Assembly (NCBI GenBank): GCA_977017645.1 | Contig: OZ360232.1 | Coordinates: forward strand, 37,696,001 to 37,760,000 | DNA from: Torpedo marmorata | Lineage: Eukaryota | DNA: 64,000 nt | Direction of reading: 5' to 3' | Part shown: positions 48,153-61,340 of the stretch, piece after piece | Position numbering within the stretch: the stretch's first letter is position 1 | Layout of the letters: each line of letters begins with the position of its first letter | Position numbers and translations under genes: made by a program | The notes under the pieces: generated by a model | The model's input: the letters and a program-made list of their open reading frames with translations, nothing else | Databases searched by the model: none | Told to the model about the DNA's origin: nothing

Positions 48153-48363
48153 AAAAAGCAACGGGCCCGTTCAGGGCAGAGGCTCAATGCAGGAACAATG
48201 GCCGTCTTCGTTACCCATAATGTCCCACGCAGCTAGAACCGCTCTACGTTTTCCTGGCGCTGGCAAATTGGCAGAGCGGTTCAAGCTGCGTTGGGGATTA
48301 TGGTTGACGAAGGCGGCCATTGATCCGCATTGAGCCGCCGCCCTGAGTCAGCCCGTTGTTTTT
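48153..48363. repeat. GC-rich inverted repeat, ~90-bp arms and ~27-nt loop
   Basis: 48153-48245 pairs with 48272-48363 (e.g. ggctcaatgc/gcattgagcc, gaaccgctct/agagcggttc). Confidence 0.9.
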
Positions 48364-49956
48364 TGAAGCATTTCCTGTGAGTGCGTAATGCGTCATTCGC
48401 ATCATCATCGTTGGAGGCGGACCGCCCTTAAAATGCCTGGTTGCTACTTTTCCAGGTAAGTTAGGCTGCAGTCTGAAAGAACCCAGAGATCCAGGCTTTG
48501 CTGGAACTTTTCCCGGTACACAAGATGTCAGAGGTGTGAAAAGGCCTAGTATCCAAGGCTGGACGGGGACAGCCTTGTATGCTCCCGGAACCTTTGTCTC
48601 GACCAGGTCTAATATATTCTCTCATTTGGTTACAAAATTGACATGTTATTTAAACTTCGGCAGGACTGTTTTTAAGTTGACGTGATTGAAGTCACCGGCA
48701 ATAATCATACAGTTATCAATGTGAGTTGTCTGGGCTTCACAGATAGCCCCGTAAAGCTTCCCCATCATTTACAGAAGGAGGGACATAAACTGCTGTGATT
48801 TGAGTGGTTGTGAGTTCATTGGGTAAGTAGAAGGGACTGCACTTCACCATTAAGTGCTCGATCTCCGATAAGCAGTGGGCCTTTAGTACAGAGACATTCA
48901 TACACCAGTCCTTGTTAATATAGATGCACAAACCCCCACCGCAGGTCTTACCAGAAGTTGCAGCATTTCTGAGTCCCCGACAGAAATTAGGTCCTTCAAG
49001 CTGGACAGCCGAATCCGGAGTGCACTTCTGGAGCCATGCTTCTCTAATTACCGGAGTGCAGCAATCCTTCCTTTCTCTCTGGTTGAGACGCAACCGCAGG
49101 CAACCCAGTTTATTTTCCGGAGATAGTACATTTAAAAGTAACATCGTTGAGAGCGGGGATCTGAATGGATACACGAATGCCGGCAGGTTTACCGCGCCTC
49201 TGCGTCCTTGCACGCTGTTTCCGACGACCTCTTCCGTGAGATTCTGCAGGTTTCATTTTTGGATTAGGGTTTGCTGCCTTTATTAAATTGCATTGGGACT
49301 GTACCTTTCTGATCTGGTCCTCTAGCTTGGCAGATCTGAAGATTTTAGTGCTCCATATATTTAGCAGGGTGTTCCGATCATAGACAAGACGAACTGAAGA
49401 GTTTGCACCTTTGTTTGGAGCTGCAGTGGCCGTTGTAAGCAAGCACTTGCAAGCACCTCTGTGACCAACTATCTCAGGATTGAATGAGCGTGTTGTGGGT
49501 TAATGCCCTTGATACGTGGCAAACGGATATGTTCATTCACCGAACGTATTCTGATGTTGTTATTATTGTTTCTTTTGCATAGTTTTTCAGGTGATCTGGC
49601 GCCACAACCCCAATGTAACGAAGGACTCCTACCCAGCAGTACTCCTGGTGCACCAGTTCACCTCGACAACAGCAGAGTACAACAAGAGACACAGGACAGG
49701 GATAAACACTCGTACACTGAGATCTTACGAGAGCTCACACCACTGCGTGACGACAAAAGGAGGATGAATCAGCAGGCGCTTCGTCCTTTTGCTTGACTAG
49801 TGACGAGGAAAGACGATTCGATTCTTGTAGCGCTGTAGATTTTCTGTCCATATGAACGCAGACGATGTGCTCCGGTTCGACACAAGGAGGACGCAGCTCC
49901 TAACTTTCAAGTCCAATTGGAATACAAATGCCGTGGATTGGGAGAATTTGGAAAAT

Positions 49957-50164
49957 GGCTCCATGGCTCAGTGGTTAGAGCACTGGTGTTGTAAACCAGG
50001 GATTGCGAGTTCATTCCTCGCTGGGGCTTCACCTTCAGTGATGGGCGCTGGACAATGTAGCGACTCTCTGTCTTCCTTACGGTAGACAATTTTAAAGAAT
50101 TTCATGTATGTTACATTCTAAATGTAGCATTACGTGACAATTAATGGAACCTTTACCTTTACCT
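49957..50164 (+). mobile_element. tRNA-Thr(TGT)-derived SINE / tRNA pseudogene with LINE-like tail
   Basis: 49957-50029 GGCTCCATGGCTCAGTGGTTAGAGCACTGGTGTTGTAAACCAGG..GCGAGTTCATTCCTCGCTGGGGCT closely resembles vertebrate tRNA-Thr(TGT), with substitutions at conserved positions. Followed by ~130 bp ending in (ACCTTT)n. Confidence 0.8.
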
Positions 50165-53100
50165 CACGACTAGTTGAAATGGACAGCTCTGTGAACCAGT
50201 GATTTTTCGAGTGCATTATCAGAAGCAGTAGTCGCAGAATTATTATAGTTAGATCATGATGAAGTCAAAAGTCTCGATAATTCATCATGTTTTCTGGAGC
50301 GTCATTTCATTTTTAGAACTTTAATTTCTTCGATCCCCGTCAGAGATGCCGGTTGGAGCAGTTCGATTTGGCTACTTCCTTTTGGAAGTGAAGACTTGTG
50401 ATGTTGATTCTGGTTCATTCCATCCAACACTGAAATAAACGTATCTGATGTGTTGGAAGTGGATTTAACTCCCGAGAAATTCTGAACTTCCTCAAGTACT
50501 TTTGAGCAATATTCTGCCTCGCATTGGTCTATAGTCTCGAGTATTAATGGCATCTTAACATTTGCAGTGCAGATACATTCGTGGTTATGGAACATTATAA
50601 AAATATTGAAAACCTACAACCTTCTTGGAAGTCTTTAACGTGAATAGGCTGCGGCTATAGAGAGGAGAAGCTTGCGACTGAGGCAGAACCCTACGTCTTC
50701 AAACCCCAATGGAGGGACAAAAAAAATAATCAAAATGCGATATATGTGTGATTTATTGGCGAAGTGCTGTTGGGCCGCACATATTCTCACTCATGAGAAG
50801 AGATAAACATGTCTGTTCATTGGGGCAATCTATGTAGCGATATAACAATTATCAGTCCGTTAATTTAGAGACCGGCTACAATTCAGCAAAGTAAGAGGAA
50901 AGTATGGAATTTAAGTTTATATACAGACCATACAGCTCGTAATTATGCTCATGCGCCTTCCTGACTGCACCAGTCACCCTCACGCATTCTCTTTTTTTCG
51001 TACATTAATCCCTTTATATTCTCCCCACATTCGCATTCTACACCGCCACCAGATCCGACATCTCACAGTTGCCGATTATGCTGCCAACTCCATATCTCTG
51101 CGATGTAAGAGGGAACCGAAGGATCTAGTGAAACCTATGTCCTGATGTGGAGAACGTGAAAACTCCACGCCGACAGCACTCGAGGTCAGGATTGATCTTG
51201 GAGTCTGAAGATGTGAAGTAGCCGCTCTCGTCGCTGGGTCACTGTGCCGCCCTTTAAGAATCTGGAATTTGGCCTTGTACAACGACTGGTCTTAACGACT
51301 GGTCTTTGTGATGACTACCTCAAACAACTACCGGTCTCTCGAAAAAATCCACTTGATTGCTGACTATCATTCAAGGAACGAAATTATCATCATTATCCGC
51401 CCTGGCCTATTTGCGACTCCAAACATACTCTGGTTATTTAACAGCTGAGTCATCAAGGTATTTTTCATGCAAAATGTTGCACTCAATGGACGGACCACAT
51501 CCATTGAGTGCAACATTTTAACGCCTCACCCGAGTGAGTACATCTCAGCCAGCGCAGCAATTCATTTATGCAGATAATCATATTTTCCTCATTTTTATGT
51601 ACCCTTTATTGTATTGTGCACCTGAGCATCTGCCTCACCCTCAACTGTGCCATCCACTGACCCACAGTACCTCAGGATCAAATCTTCGGGCAACGTTACC
51701 ATTTCAACAACCGTTTCATTTCCACTGACCAGATGATTATACTGGGGCAGCACCTCAAACCATTGCAGCTTGAGGCAGGAGCAGGAATTTGGAGGAACGA
51801 GCAGAGCATGTCTTTTCCAACAGGCGAACCGATCTGGTCCCTCTGATCAAATTCGTCCATAGACCGCAGGGTGGCGCAGCAGTGCTGTTGCCAAACGGCT
51901 CCGAGGATGAATTTGTTATTGTCCTCTGGCGCTGTGCGCGCGGATGCTGTCGGAGTTTCCTTCAGTTGCTGGTGCCTCCTTTAACATCTCAATGAAATTT
52001 TGAGATGTTTAATAGCGATTGTAAATTAGCCTTAAATGTAGGATTAATGGTTAACAAGGACCCACATGAACCACTAATGGGCATTTGTGAAGCAGACTAA
52101 CTTGCACAGATACAGTGAATTCAGGGAAAATATGCCTCACGGAGCTGACAGGATCTGCATCCTCTCCCCTTCCCAGAATCGGCATGGGCCAAATAACTTT
52201 CTTTTTTGTCCGTATAAGACTGTGAAATGGCCTGTCAAACCACTTAACGTCCTGCCATGAGGATGTGCAACAAACGCTGGCCTTGCAAGTTACCCCCTGT
52301 CCCGAAAAGTGTATTAAAAGTCCCGAAGACGAATAGAGCAGATTATTCATGTACAACGAATAATATTTTTCCTCATATCTCATTTTTTGATGTTTCTAGA
52401 CTTGTAAAATGGTGATGGTGAATCGAACAGTACTTATAATTTTAACTTCCTAGAAAAGTATTGCATGAATTACACAGCTTTCGAGGTCCTTTGAATTGTT
52501 ATATTTTAGGACCAAAAATTCTGCCAGGGGGACTCAGCGCGTCCAACAGCTTAAATAGGGAAATATATGTCGAGGTTCCTCCCACTGATGCTTCTCTACC
52601 CGTGGAAGACCTCCGTTGGATTGTTATTTTTTTGGAAAATTTAGTGTCTGGAGTCTCTGTATTTAGCATACTCACTCCCATTCAATAACAATTTACTAAT
52701 TTATATGTATTGTATGTCAATTCACTCTGTTCGCAATATTTATATCGGCTGGAAGGGTTTATTTATTTGAGGTGCAACAGGATATTACATTTAATCGTAG
52801 AATAGAACTTTGCAAAAAATCGTCGATATTTGACACAAAATATGTAATCGTAATTTGTGCCGAATTCATGTTTGTCTGTGATAATCTGACATAACAATTC
52901 CCTTGTGCAAGCTAATAAGGAATATGTTGTATCTTTCTATAATTAATGATACGCTCGTCTTGTTTAATCCAAACCGCGATCAATGAAGTCCCAGAACATT
53001 CTGCCTGAATGCAGTGGATAAACGATTTTGGTTCCATATTACATTCAAAATACATGGGAGGGAAGGCCATCATTTTTACTATTTATATCGCCGAAGAATG

Positions 53101-53196
53101 TATCAGAACTTTCGAATATAGACGTTGATATTACGCAACTGATTTAACAATGAATATATATTACAGTTGCACACAACAAATGTTTATATGAACATT

Positions 53197-53346
53197 CTAG
53201 CTTTAAGTGTTGTCGATGCAGTTGTTGAGAGGGACTGGTTGTGTCGCTGTGCACCAATAGGAGCCACAGACGCAGTGATGGATCCATTGCCCCTCCCTTA
53301 TCACAGAAGAAGTAAAAATAAGAATCAGCGAGAAAAGCGAGCAGTA
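53197..53346 (+). promoter_or_regulatory. Pcdh promoter with CSE
   Basis: GTCGCTGTGCACCAAT at 53243, 248 bp upstream of the ATG. Confidence 0.88.
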
Positions 53347-53490
53347 CGCATTTGGATTGTGCAGTCAGGCTGAGGAAGGCAAAGTCATGTAATTATTCAT
53401 TCAAAACATTGAATAATTCCTGAAATAACATCTGTTCCCCGGTTTAATCGAGCAGCGGCCTGGTTTCGGGAAACAATTCAATGCGGAACA

Positions 53491-55878
53491 ATGGCGAATT
53501 CGGCGATCTACAGCGGCAGCTCTTTCAAAACCTTTGCTTTCCTGATTCTGGTATGTACACTGGATCTCTCTTCCGGGCAAATCCGCTACTCTATTCCAGA
53601 GGAAATGGCATTGGGAGCTCTTATTGGGAATATTGCTCACGATTTGGGAATCGATGCACCGCAGTTGTCTGCTCGTAAATGTCGATTAACGTCTGACCAG
53701 GGTGGACAGTATATGAAAGTGACATTTGATGATGGACTTTTGTCCATTAGTGAGAGGATGGACAGGGAAAAAATCTGTGGTCAAACATCCATATGCACTA
53801 TTCATTTCGAATTAATACTGGAAAATCCTTTGACGCTGCATCGCGGGGAAGTGGGGATTCTTGATATAAATGACAATTCACCTACTTTCCAGGACAGCAG
53901 CATTGCCTTAGAGATAGCCGAAACGATTGCACCAGGAGTCCGTTTTCGACTCGAGAGCGCGGAAGATCCCGACATTGGACTGAATACAATTGCCGCCTAC
54001 ACAATCAGTCCCAACGAGTACTTTAGTCTGAACGCACATAGAACCGAAGACGGCACTATAACTGCCGAGTTGTTGCTAGAGAAGCCTTTGGATCGAGAGC
54101 TGCAGTCCTCTTTTCGACTAGTGCTGACCGCGATTGATGGGGGCATCCCTCAGAGATCAGGCACGGCTCAGATTCTCATTACAGTCGTGGACATCAACGA
54201 CAATCCACCTGTATTCGACCATGACATTTACAGGACAAGTTTAAGAGAGAATGCACCACAAGGTACAATGGTAATGAAAGTCAAAGCCAATGACTTGGAC
54301 GAAGGCACGAATGCTCAGCTTTCATATTCTTTCAGTAAGCTATCTTCAACAAAGGTCCAGGAAATATTCAGCTTGGACGCGCACACTGGGGAGATCCGAA
54401 TTGAAGGACAGCTCGACTTTGAAGAAGCAAACAGCTATTCACTAAATGTTGAAGCTGTGGACCATGGATCACCTGCATTTATTGGGCACTCCAAAGTGTT
54501 GATCAAAGTCATTGACGTAAACGACAACGCACCCGAGATAAAGGTAACGTCTACCACGAGCAAGGTTCCGGAAAATGCTCTCCCGGGTACAATGATAACC
54601 TTGATTAATGTTATTGATCGCGATTCTGGAGAAAACGGGCAGTTTCGCTGCGAAATACCAAAGGATATTCCCTTTTGGCTTCGCACATCGTCAAGGAATC
54701 ATTATGAGTTGATTACCAGTGAATCATTCGACCGGGAAAATGTTCCTGAGTATAAAATAACATTTCTAGCCTTGGACCTGGGGTCGCCATCACTGACAAC
54801 AAAACAAACCATTAAGATTGTAATTTCAGATGTCAATGATAACGCCCCACGCTTTGCTGAGCCCTCCTACAATATATATGTGATGGAAAACAATGCTCCT
54901 GGTGCTTCTATATTCGCAATAACTGCGGCGGATCCTGATCTGGATCAGAATTCTTATATTTCTTACTCGGTTCTGACCAATCATATCCAAGACTTACCAG
55001 CGTCCAGTTACATCAGCATTAACCCAACGAACGGCACCATTTACGCACTGCGCTCTTTTGACTATGAGAAACTAAAAAACTTCAAAATCCATGTTCAAGC
55101 CCGTGACGCTGGGGTGCCCCCGCTCAGCAGCAGCACTACAGTGAATGTGATTATTCTGGATCAAAATGACAACGCGCCGGTAATTGTTTCCCCTTCGGCG
55201 CTGAGTGAATCAGCATCTGTGGAGAACCTGCCCACGGGCCAAGGTTATTTGGTAACCAAGGTAATAGCAACTGATGCGGATTCTGGTCAGAACGCACGGC
55301 TCTTTTATCATGTTCAGAGATCAACGGATCCCAGTTTGTTCATCATTGGGCAACAATCTGGTGAAATTAGAACTGGCAGAACTATTTTGGAATCAGATAC
55401 GATCACACACACCCTCGTCATTTTGGTGAAAGACAATGGACAGCCTAGTCTCTCAAGCACGGTTACAATTCACATCAGAGCTTCGGAGAACATCACTGAG
55501 AGAATGATTGAAAGCGGTAACTTGGTGGCTAATCCCGCACATTTCTCTAATCTCCATTTTTATTTAATCGTAATTTTCGGTTGCACTTCCGTTCTCTTTC
55601 TCGTGATTATTATTCTGCTCATTGTCACCAAATGTAAACAGGACCGGAATATCGCCAACGATTACAATAGGAGACTTGAATGTTCTCGGGATGCGTTTCA
55701 TTGCAGGTCCACATTTGAGGAAACTTTACGCTACTCTGGGACTAGCCGGATGGTCTCCGTGCCGGAAGGGCAACATTACTCGGTCTGCCTGTCTCCAGAA
55801 ACAGCGAAGAGCGATTTTCTCTTTTTGAAGCCTTGCGATGTTCCCACGTCTCAGGCCCACGGTATCGTCAAGGAGTAA
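53491..55878 (+). CDS. Clustered protocadherin, 795 aa
   Basis: Six EC repeats, TM, tail HYSVCLSPETAKSDFLFLKPC. Confidence 0.97.
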   Translation: MANSAIYSGSSFKTFAFLILVCTLDLSSGQIRYSIPEEMALGALIGNIAHDLGIDAPQLSARKCRLTSDQGGQYMKVTFDDGLLSISERMDREKICGQTSICTIHFELILENPLTLHRGEVGILDINDNSPTFQDSSIALEIAETIAPGVRFRLESAEDPDIGLNTIAAYTISPNEYFSLNAHRTEDGTITAELLLEKPLDRELQSSFRLVLTAIDGGIPQRSGTAQILITVVDINDNPPVFDHDIYRTSLRENAPQGTMVMKVKANDLDEGTNAQLSYSFSKLSSTKVQEIFSLDAHTGEIRIEGQLDFEEANSYSLNVEAVDHGSPAFIGHSKVLIKVIDVNDNAPEIKVTSTTSKVPENALPGTMITLINVIDRDSGENGQFRCEIPKDIPFWLRTSSRNHYELITSESFDRENVPEYKITFLALDLGSPSLTTKQTIKIVISDVNDNAPRFAEPSYNIYVMENNAPGASIFAITAADPDLDQNSYISYSVLTNHIQDLPASSYISINPTNGTIYALRSFDYEKLKNFKIHVQARDAGVPPLSSSTTVNVIILDQNDNAPVIVSPSALSESASVENLPTGQGYLVTKVIATDADSGQNARLFYHVQRSTDPSLFIIGQQSGEIRTGRTILESDTITHTLVILVKDNGQPSLSSTVTIHIRASENITERMIESGNLVANPAHFSNLHFYLIVIFGCTSVLFLVIIILLIVTKCKQDRNIANDYNRRLECSRDAFHCRSTFEETLRYSGTSRMVSVPEGQHYSVCLSPETAKSDFLFLKPCDVPTSQAHGIVKE

Positions 55879-56287
55879 CCAACTTATTGACGGCCAATTT
55901 TATATCCAGGGATCGAGTGAAGTATTTATATAAATGTTCCATTTGTTTATGTTTTCTGTTGAAGAAAGGAGACCGTTTATGGTAACAGTCGAATATAAAA
56001 GACACATTAACTGAATTTCAAGCAACTGAAACTGATGGTAGTTCACATTGTTTGGCATTCCACGAATGGCCATTCAATGGCTTGCATTGATTAGTTATTG
56101 TCTTAGCTACATGGGAGTTTCTTAGCATGCACTTGCAGTTAAAGGTCGTGCAAACATTTAGCAGTGGGAAAATTATCTTCAAAACCTTGCGATGACACTG
56201 CAAACTTTTCCTCTACAAAATAATGACAATTTGTAGTCATCCTAATGAGTCATCGTACTGAAATAAATTCAGCTTGGCATGCAGCAT

Positions 56288-57505
56288 TTATAGAAAGTAA
56301 AGGGTAACCACCTTTTCGGTCCTCAGCCCGCCCTTCGTCATGGTCTGAGCAAAGAGCAGGCAAGTCCCTGAATATAAAGGTGAAGGGAGTGGGTGAGGAG
56401 AGGAGAGGAGGGAGGAAGGGGCAGGGAAAGGTGCACAGGCAAACAGGTAAGAGGTCAGAGCGAGATATATGTGGTAGGGCAGAAGGGGGAAAAAGCTAAG
56501 CGATGGGAATAGTGGGTTTCTCACTGAATGAAGAGGGAAAGGGGTGTGGATCTGAGGAAGGGAGACTAAAGGTTAGGGAAAGAAAAAGAAACAGGGGAGG
56601 GGGTTTAACGGAAACTGAGGAAGTAGATGTTAATGTCGTCTGGTTGGAGAATGCCCAGGCAGAATATTAGATGTTGTTCATGCAATTTACAGGTAATCTC
56701 GGTTTGGCAGTGCATGAGGCAATGGAAATGTCGGTGTAGTAATGATTTGTGGGATTAGAATGGTTGGCCACTGGGAGGTCCCTGCCCGCTCGGTACCTAC
56801 CCCACCACTAACCGTCCGTCCAAGTGAAGCAGCACTTCACATGTGAACCTGCAGGGGTCATGGACTGCATTCGGAGCTCCCGTTGTGGCTTCCTCTGCAT
56901 CGGAGAGACTGTACTCAGACTCGGAGATCGTTTCGTTGAGCACCTTCGCTCTGTCCTTTGCAATATCAGGTGCCTACCACAAGCCAACCATTTTAATTTC
57001 AAACACCATTCCCACACCGACATATCTATCCATGGACTGCCAAACCGAGGCTCCTCGAAAATTGGAAGAACAACACCTAATATTCCGCCTGAGCACTCTC
57101 CAACCAGACGCCATGGACATCGACGTATTCAGTACCCGTTAAACCTCTTCCCGAGTCTCCCTCTTTCTCTATCCCCCTGTCTCCTTTCCTCCAGATATCG
57201 ATCCCCTTCCCTTCTCTCTCCATTCGGAGAGCTGCGCCCTTCCCAATCACCTCAAATTTTTTTCTCTTCTGCACTCCAACCTATATCCACCTATGCCCTC
57301 TTACTTCACCCTGTACTCCTCCCCTTCCCCTTCTCCCCTCTTTTCCTCTCCCACCCTTCCCGCTGCCTGTGCGCCTGGTTAAGGACTCAGGCCCGAAACG
57401 TTGGTTAACCTTTACTTCCTATATATGTTGCGTGACCTGCTGAGTTTCTCCAGTACTTTCGTGCATTGCACAACAATCCCAGCGTCTGCAGACTTTTCTG
57501 TTTAA
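56288..57505. mobile_element. Inverted pair of Penelope 3' ends (GIY-YIG + tail), tails pointing outward
   Basis: 56288-56790 minus-strand 3' end; 56820-57505 plus strand with KQHFTC..CIRSSRCGFLCIGET..RFVEHLRSV and tail gcccgaaacgttgg. Confidence 0.85.
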
Positions 57506-58079
57506 CTGTGTCTTCATACAGATTTTGCTTCCATATTTGCGCATATTGATGTACATTGTATCTATTTTAAACACAACCATGATAGATAGTACTGATTTAG
57601 AGTCATTTTTGGAGTCATTGTTTTATATTACATTAAAAGTTGTCAGTGACGTCTTGCATCATGTGGTTTCTCAAGAATATCGTATTCAGGAAGAAGGCTA
57701 TTCAGCACATTTCGCAAGGTGTTTTACGCGCAGCGCGGTTCACTTCCCGGGTCCCCTCCGACGCCATCTCTCCGCAGTAGCGGCTGAGAGACGCCGGTAG
57801 AGGCCGCTTCTAAGGGCTCACCAAATCGGGAGGCAGCGTGAACTCCAGCTCCATGTTTCGACTTCGAGGTAGGCCTCACATCTTTTTTTCTATTTCTCTT
57901 CCCGTCGGGTTCCATAAGGTCGCTGTAGTCACTTTTACTTTTTTTGAAGGCATTGTGGAAGTAAAGTAAGGATATTTTAATATCGTTTAAAGATATTTTA
58001 AAGATTGCAACAGTACTTATTTGGAACTTTTTTTACTAATTTCCCAAGGGAGTCAGGAGCCTAAGTGTTGATCCTGTGG

Positions 58080-59620
58080 CATCACGTGACGTTCCCCACA
58101 AGACGACCGTTTTGCCCCCTTTAATTCTTTCCCCTCCTTACTAAAATCGATGACATCCAGTTTTGAATTTCCCTATCCTGGGAAAAAGACAACGGCTTTA
58201 TGTATGTTCCTCATTATATTTAAACCTAATTACTCCCCCCGTAACCTCCTATACTAGATGACGAAAGGACCAGCTTATCTAATAGCGCACTTTATAATTT
58301 CAGCCCATCAGTCCAGGCAACATTATCCTGACACACGAAGGACTGCAGTTCCTGGAATTTTGAGCAAAACACAGTCGTTTGGAGGTTCTCAGTGGGTCGA
58401 GCAGTATCAGTGGGAGATAAGCAATTGTCAACGTTTCGGTGGGAGCCCTGCATCAAAGCTGACACAAAAACATTCCGGTGAATCTGTCCTGCACACTTTC
58501 CAGTTTCATTATATGTTTCCCATAACTGGGTAACCAGAAGTACCCACAATACTCCAGGTGCTTTTTTTCAACAACGTCTTGAATCATTGTAACATGACGC
58601 CCCTGTTTCTGCATTAAATTCACTGACAGAATATACTCCTTCATCACCCTGTATTTTTAGGTCGTTTTAAATATCTCCTTCATCGCCCTGTATTTTTGGA
58701 ACTACTACCTGTACCCCTCGGTTTGTCTGCTCTACAACACCCTCCAGGGACCTGTTATTTACTGTGCAAATCCTGATCTGGGTTATCATACCAAAATGTA
58801 ACAACTCGGGCTTGTGCAAATTAAATTCCATCTGCCATTCCTTCATCCACTTTGCCACTTCTTCAGATTATTTTTTAATCTCAGATAAACTTTTCCTCTC
58901 TACTCTTTCACCACTTTTAGTGTCATCTGCAAATTACTATCCATGCTGTCTATATTATCATTCATATCCTCAATACATATGACGAATAACAGGATACAGC
59001 ACCAATTACTGCAGCACACCACTGTTCACTGTTCTCCAGTCCGAACAATGCACTCCATTAACACAGTTTGACTGTCAACATTAATCCAATTTTTTTTATC
59101 GAATTGGCCAGCTCACCCTGGATCTCAAATGATCGGATCTTCTGAACCAGCCTATCATGCAGTACCCTGTGAAAGGCCTTGCGAAGAATTAGCCATATAT
59201 AAAAAAAAACCCTGCCCTCATCAATCTTCTTGGTTGGTACTTAAAAAATGAAATCAAATTCATGAGACAGGATTTCCCAGCGCAAAACCATATTGACTAT
59301 TCATAATAATTCCCTACTTTTCCAAACGCATTTAGATCCCGTTTTTCAAAATTCCCTCCAGCAGCTTACTCACAAGTGAACTCAATAACCCGCAGTTTCG
59401 CGGCTTTCCTTGCAGCCTTAATTAAAGTACGGCATAGCATTAGCCACCCTTCAGTTTTCCAGAACCTTAACCGTGCCGAATGGTGATGCCAGTGTTCTTG
59501 CATTTTCCACTAAAACCTTCCCATAATAGCCTACGATTTCTTAATCATAACCCGGGGTGTATTTATATTTATGTGTTTTCACACTTCAGACCCCCCTCTT
59601 ATTCAAAGTAGACTGTCTTC
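58080..59620 (-). mobile_element. Degraded CR1 (with a PLE tail at ~58340-58470)
   Basis: HLEYCGYFWLP, WQMEFNLHK..LHFG, and reverse-complement FADDTK (gtgtcatctgcaaa). Confidence 0.8.
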
Positions 59621-60089
59621 AAGACATAGGTGTTTATTTCCCCTGCGTTCCAGAGCCTTGTTTTGGACATTTACTTTAATTCTGAAATGTGAGCGGGAAT
59701 TGAAAAGAAAGAGAATTCGTTGCATGGAAGTTCAATATCTGCACTGCACAAACGATACATGGAGGAGACAACCTCTGCTCCAAAACTATGCAGAAATTCA
59801 ATAAACAGTAAATGGTTTGAATATACCAATATCGCTGGAAAGTCATGTTTTATTTGATATGTAACGGTTTTATATATATTATTAGACCTATTTCGTTTGT
59901 CAAACAACCTTATCAAAAATTTAATGCATCCAGTCTTCTATCCCAGTGTAAATATTTGTCATCATAGGACTGCTATTTATAAATCACCATGGTAGTCACA
60001 TTGAAAGTGTTCTTTCTTGCGATAAAGGCATAATTACAAAAATCTCCTTAGCATTCATCATAGTAATTGAATTCCTATCTTTAAGAAGG

Positions 60090-61340
60090 TCAAAAGAGAC
60101 AAAAGAGGAAATTATAGGCCAGTGATCCTATAATTATTGGTGTAGTTTCTGTGGGATTTCATGTACTTGCATCTCGAAATGGAGATAAACATTTGGGATA
60201 ATCAGTATGGTTTTGTGCGGGGGAGGTCACTTCTTGCAATCTTTACTCTTGTCTGAATGAGTGACATATTGATGAGGGTAACAAAGTGGACGATGCCTAC
60301 CTGTACTTTAATTAAGCTTTCGACAATGTTCCGCAGGACAGATTGGTCCAGAGGATTAAGGCACATGGGGTCCATGGAGGTATGGAAAATTGTATTCAAA
60401 ATTGTCTGGTCAAAGAAAACAGAGCGTCCTGGTGGAGTGATGTTATTCAAACTGGAGGATTGCGACCAGTTGTGTTCGACAAAGTTCAACATTATGGCCT
60501 CCGCTGTTTGCGGCGTCTGCAGTCATCACAAAAATGGGTGCAGCGGTGGATTGTGAAGAAGAGCAGGATGTGGAACAGTTGGAAAATGGGCCGGGAAATG
60601 GAAGTAGTTATGCAGAGTGGGATTGTGGGTCCGTACTGTATCTCCACATATATACTGTAAAAGGGTAGATGAAGTTTAATCCGCACAAGTGTGAAACGTT
60701 GCACTTTTGGTGTTCAAATGTAAGAGAGGAGTTTGAAAAAAAATGACAGGAACCTCGTACGCATTGGTGCAGAAAGGGATATTGGACTGCAAATCCATAG
60801 CACCTAGAACTGGAAACGCAAGTAGATAGGGTACTACATAAGGAATATGGCATATTTGCCTTCTTCAGTCGGGGTGTTGCGTATTAACGTATGCGGAAAT
60901 TTACAAATTTTTCCACATTTAATCTGTTGTCTACAATTATTCCTGCTGCATTATAATAAGGACGTGGAAGCTTAACAAGTGGTGAAGAGACGGTTCATCA
61001 GTATGTTTTTTTGATTAGGGGTCATCAGCAGAAGTTGGTCAAACGTGGATTGTTTTCGCCAGAGCAGCGGAGTGAGTGACGACATGATGGAAATATATGA
61101 AGTAATGACAATTATAGATGGAGTATTTTTCCAAGGAGGGAAAGGACAGATCGAGGAGGGAATAGTCTTAATATGAGGGGAAGGCAAGTGTTTACCCGGA
61201 TAGAAGGAGGTGTCTGCAACGGAATGTCAAGGACAATTGTAGAAGTCGATAGGACAGCTACGTTTAGGAGGCATTTACATAGACATGAACATGCAGATAT
61301 AGAGGGCCTGTTTCTGTGCTGCACAGTACCATGTTCATGG
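60090..61340 (+). mobile_element. Degraded CR1 RT/3' region
   Basis: cagtatggttttgtgcgggggaggtca, aagctttcgacaatgttccgc, tail agagggcctgtttctgtgctg. Confidence 0.8.

Larger units (their letters stand above)
45863..48546. mobile_element. Probable non-autonomous TIR DNA transposon (PIF/Harbinger-like ends), split by Penelope
   Basis: Imperfect TIR ctcttttcatacc / ggtgtgaaaaggcc and subterminal cagtctgaaa repeats; interrupts the Rex1 reading frame. No clear TSD. Confidence 0.5.
45030..49460 (-). mobile_element. Rex1/Babar LINE 5' part (APE endonuclease and linker), interrupted at 45863-48546
   Basis: SGKTCGGGLCIYIN..CSPFYLPNEL..AVYVPP. The reading AYKAVP..GY / HVSILLIPACRP continues across the insertion, then LQDCFETTD. 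Confidence 0.85.

Noticed and set aside
49957-50029. Functional tRNA-Thr gene
   Set aside because: Substitutions at conserved anticodon-loop and T-loop positions, no immediate oligo-T terminator, and a SINE-like tail.
51862-51882. Possible intergenic CTCF site ccgcagggtggcgcag
   Set aside because: Mismatches the core consensus and coincides with the A-box head of a V-SINE.
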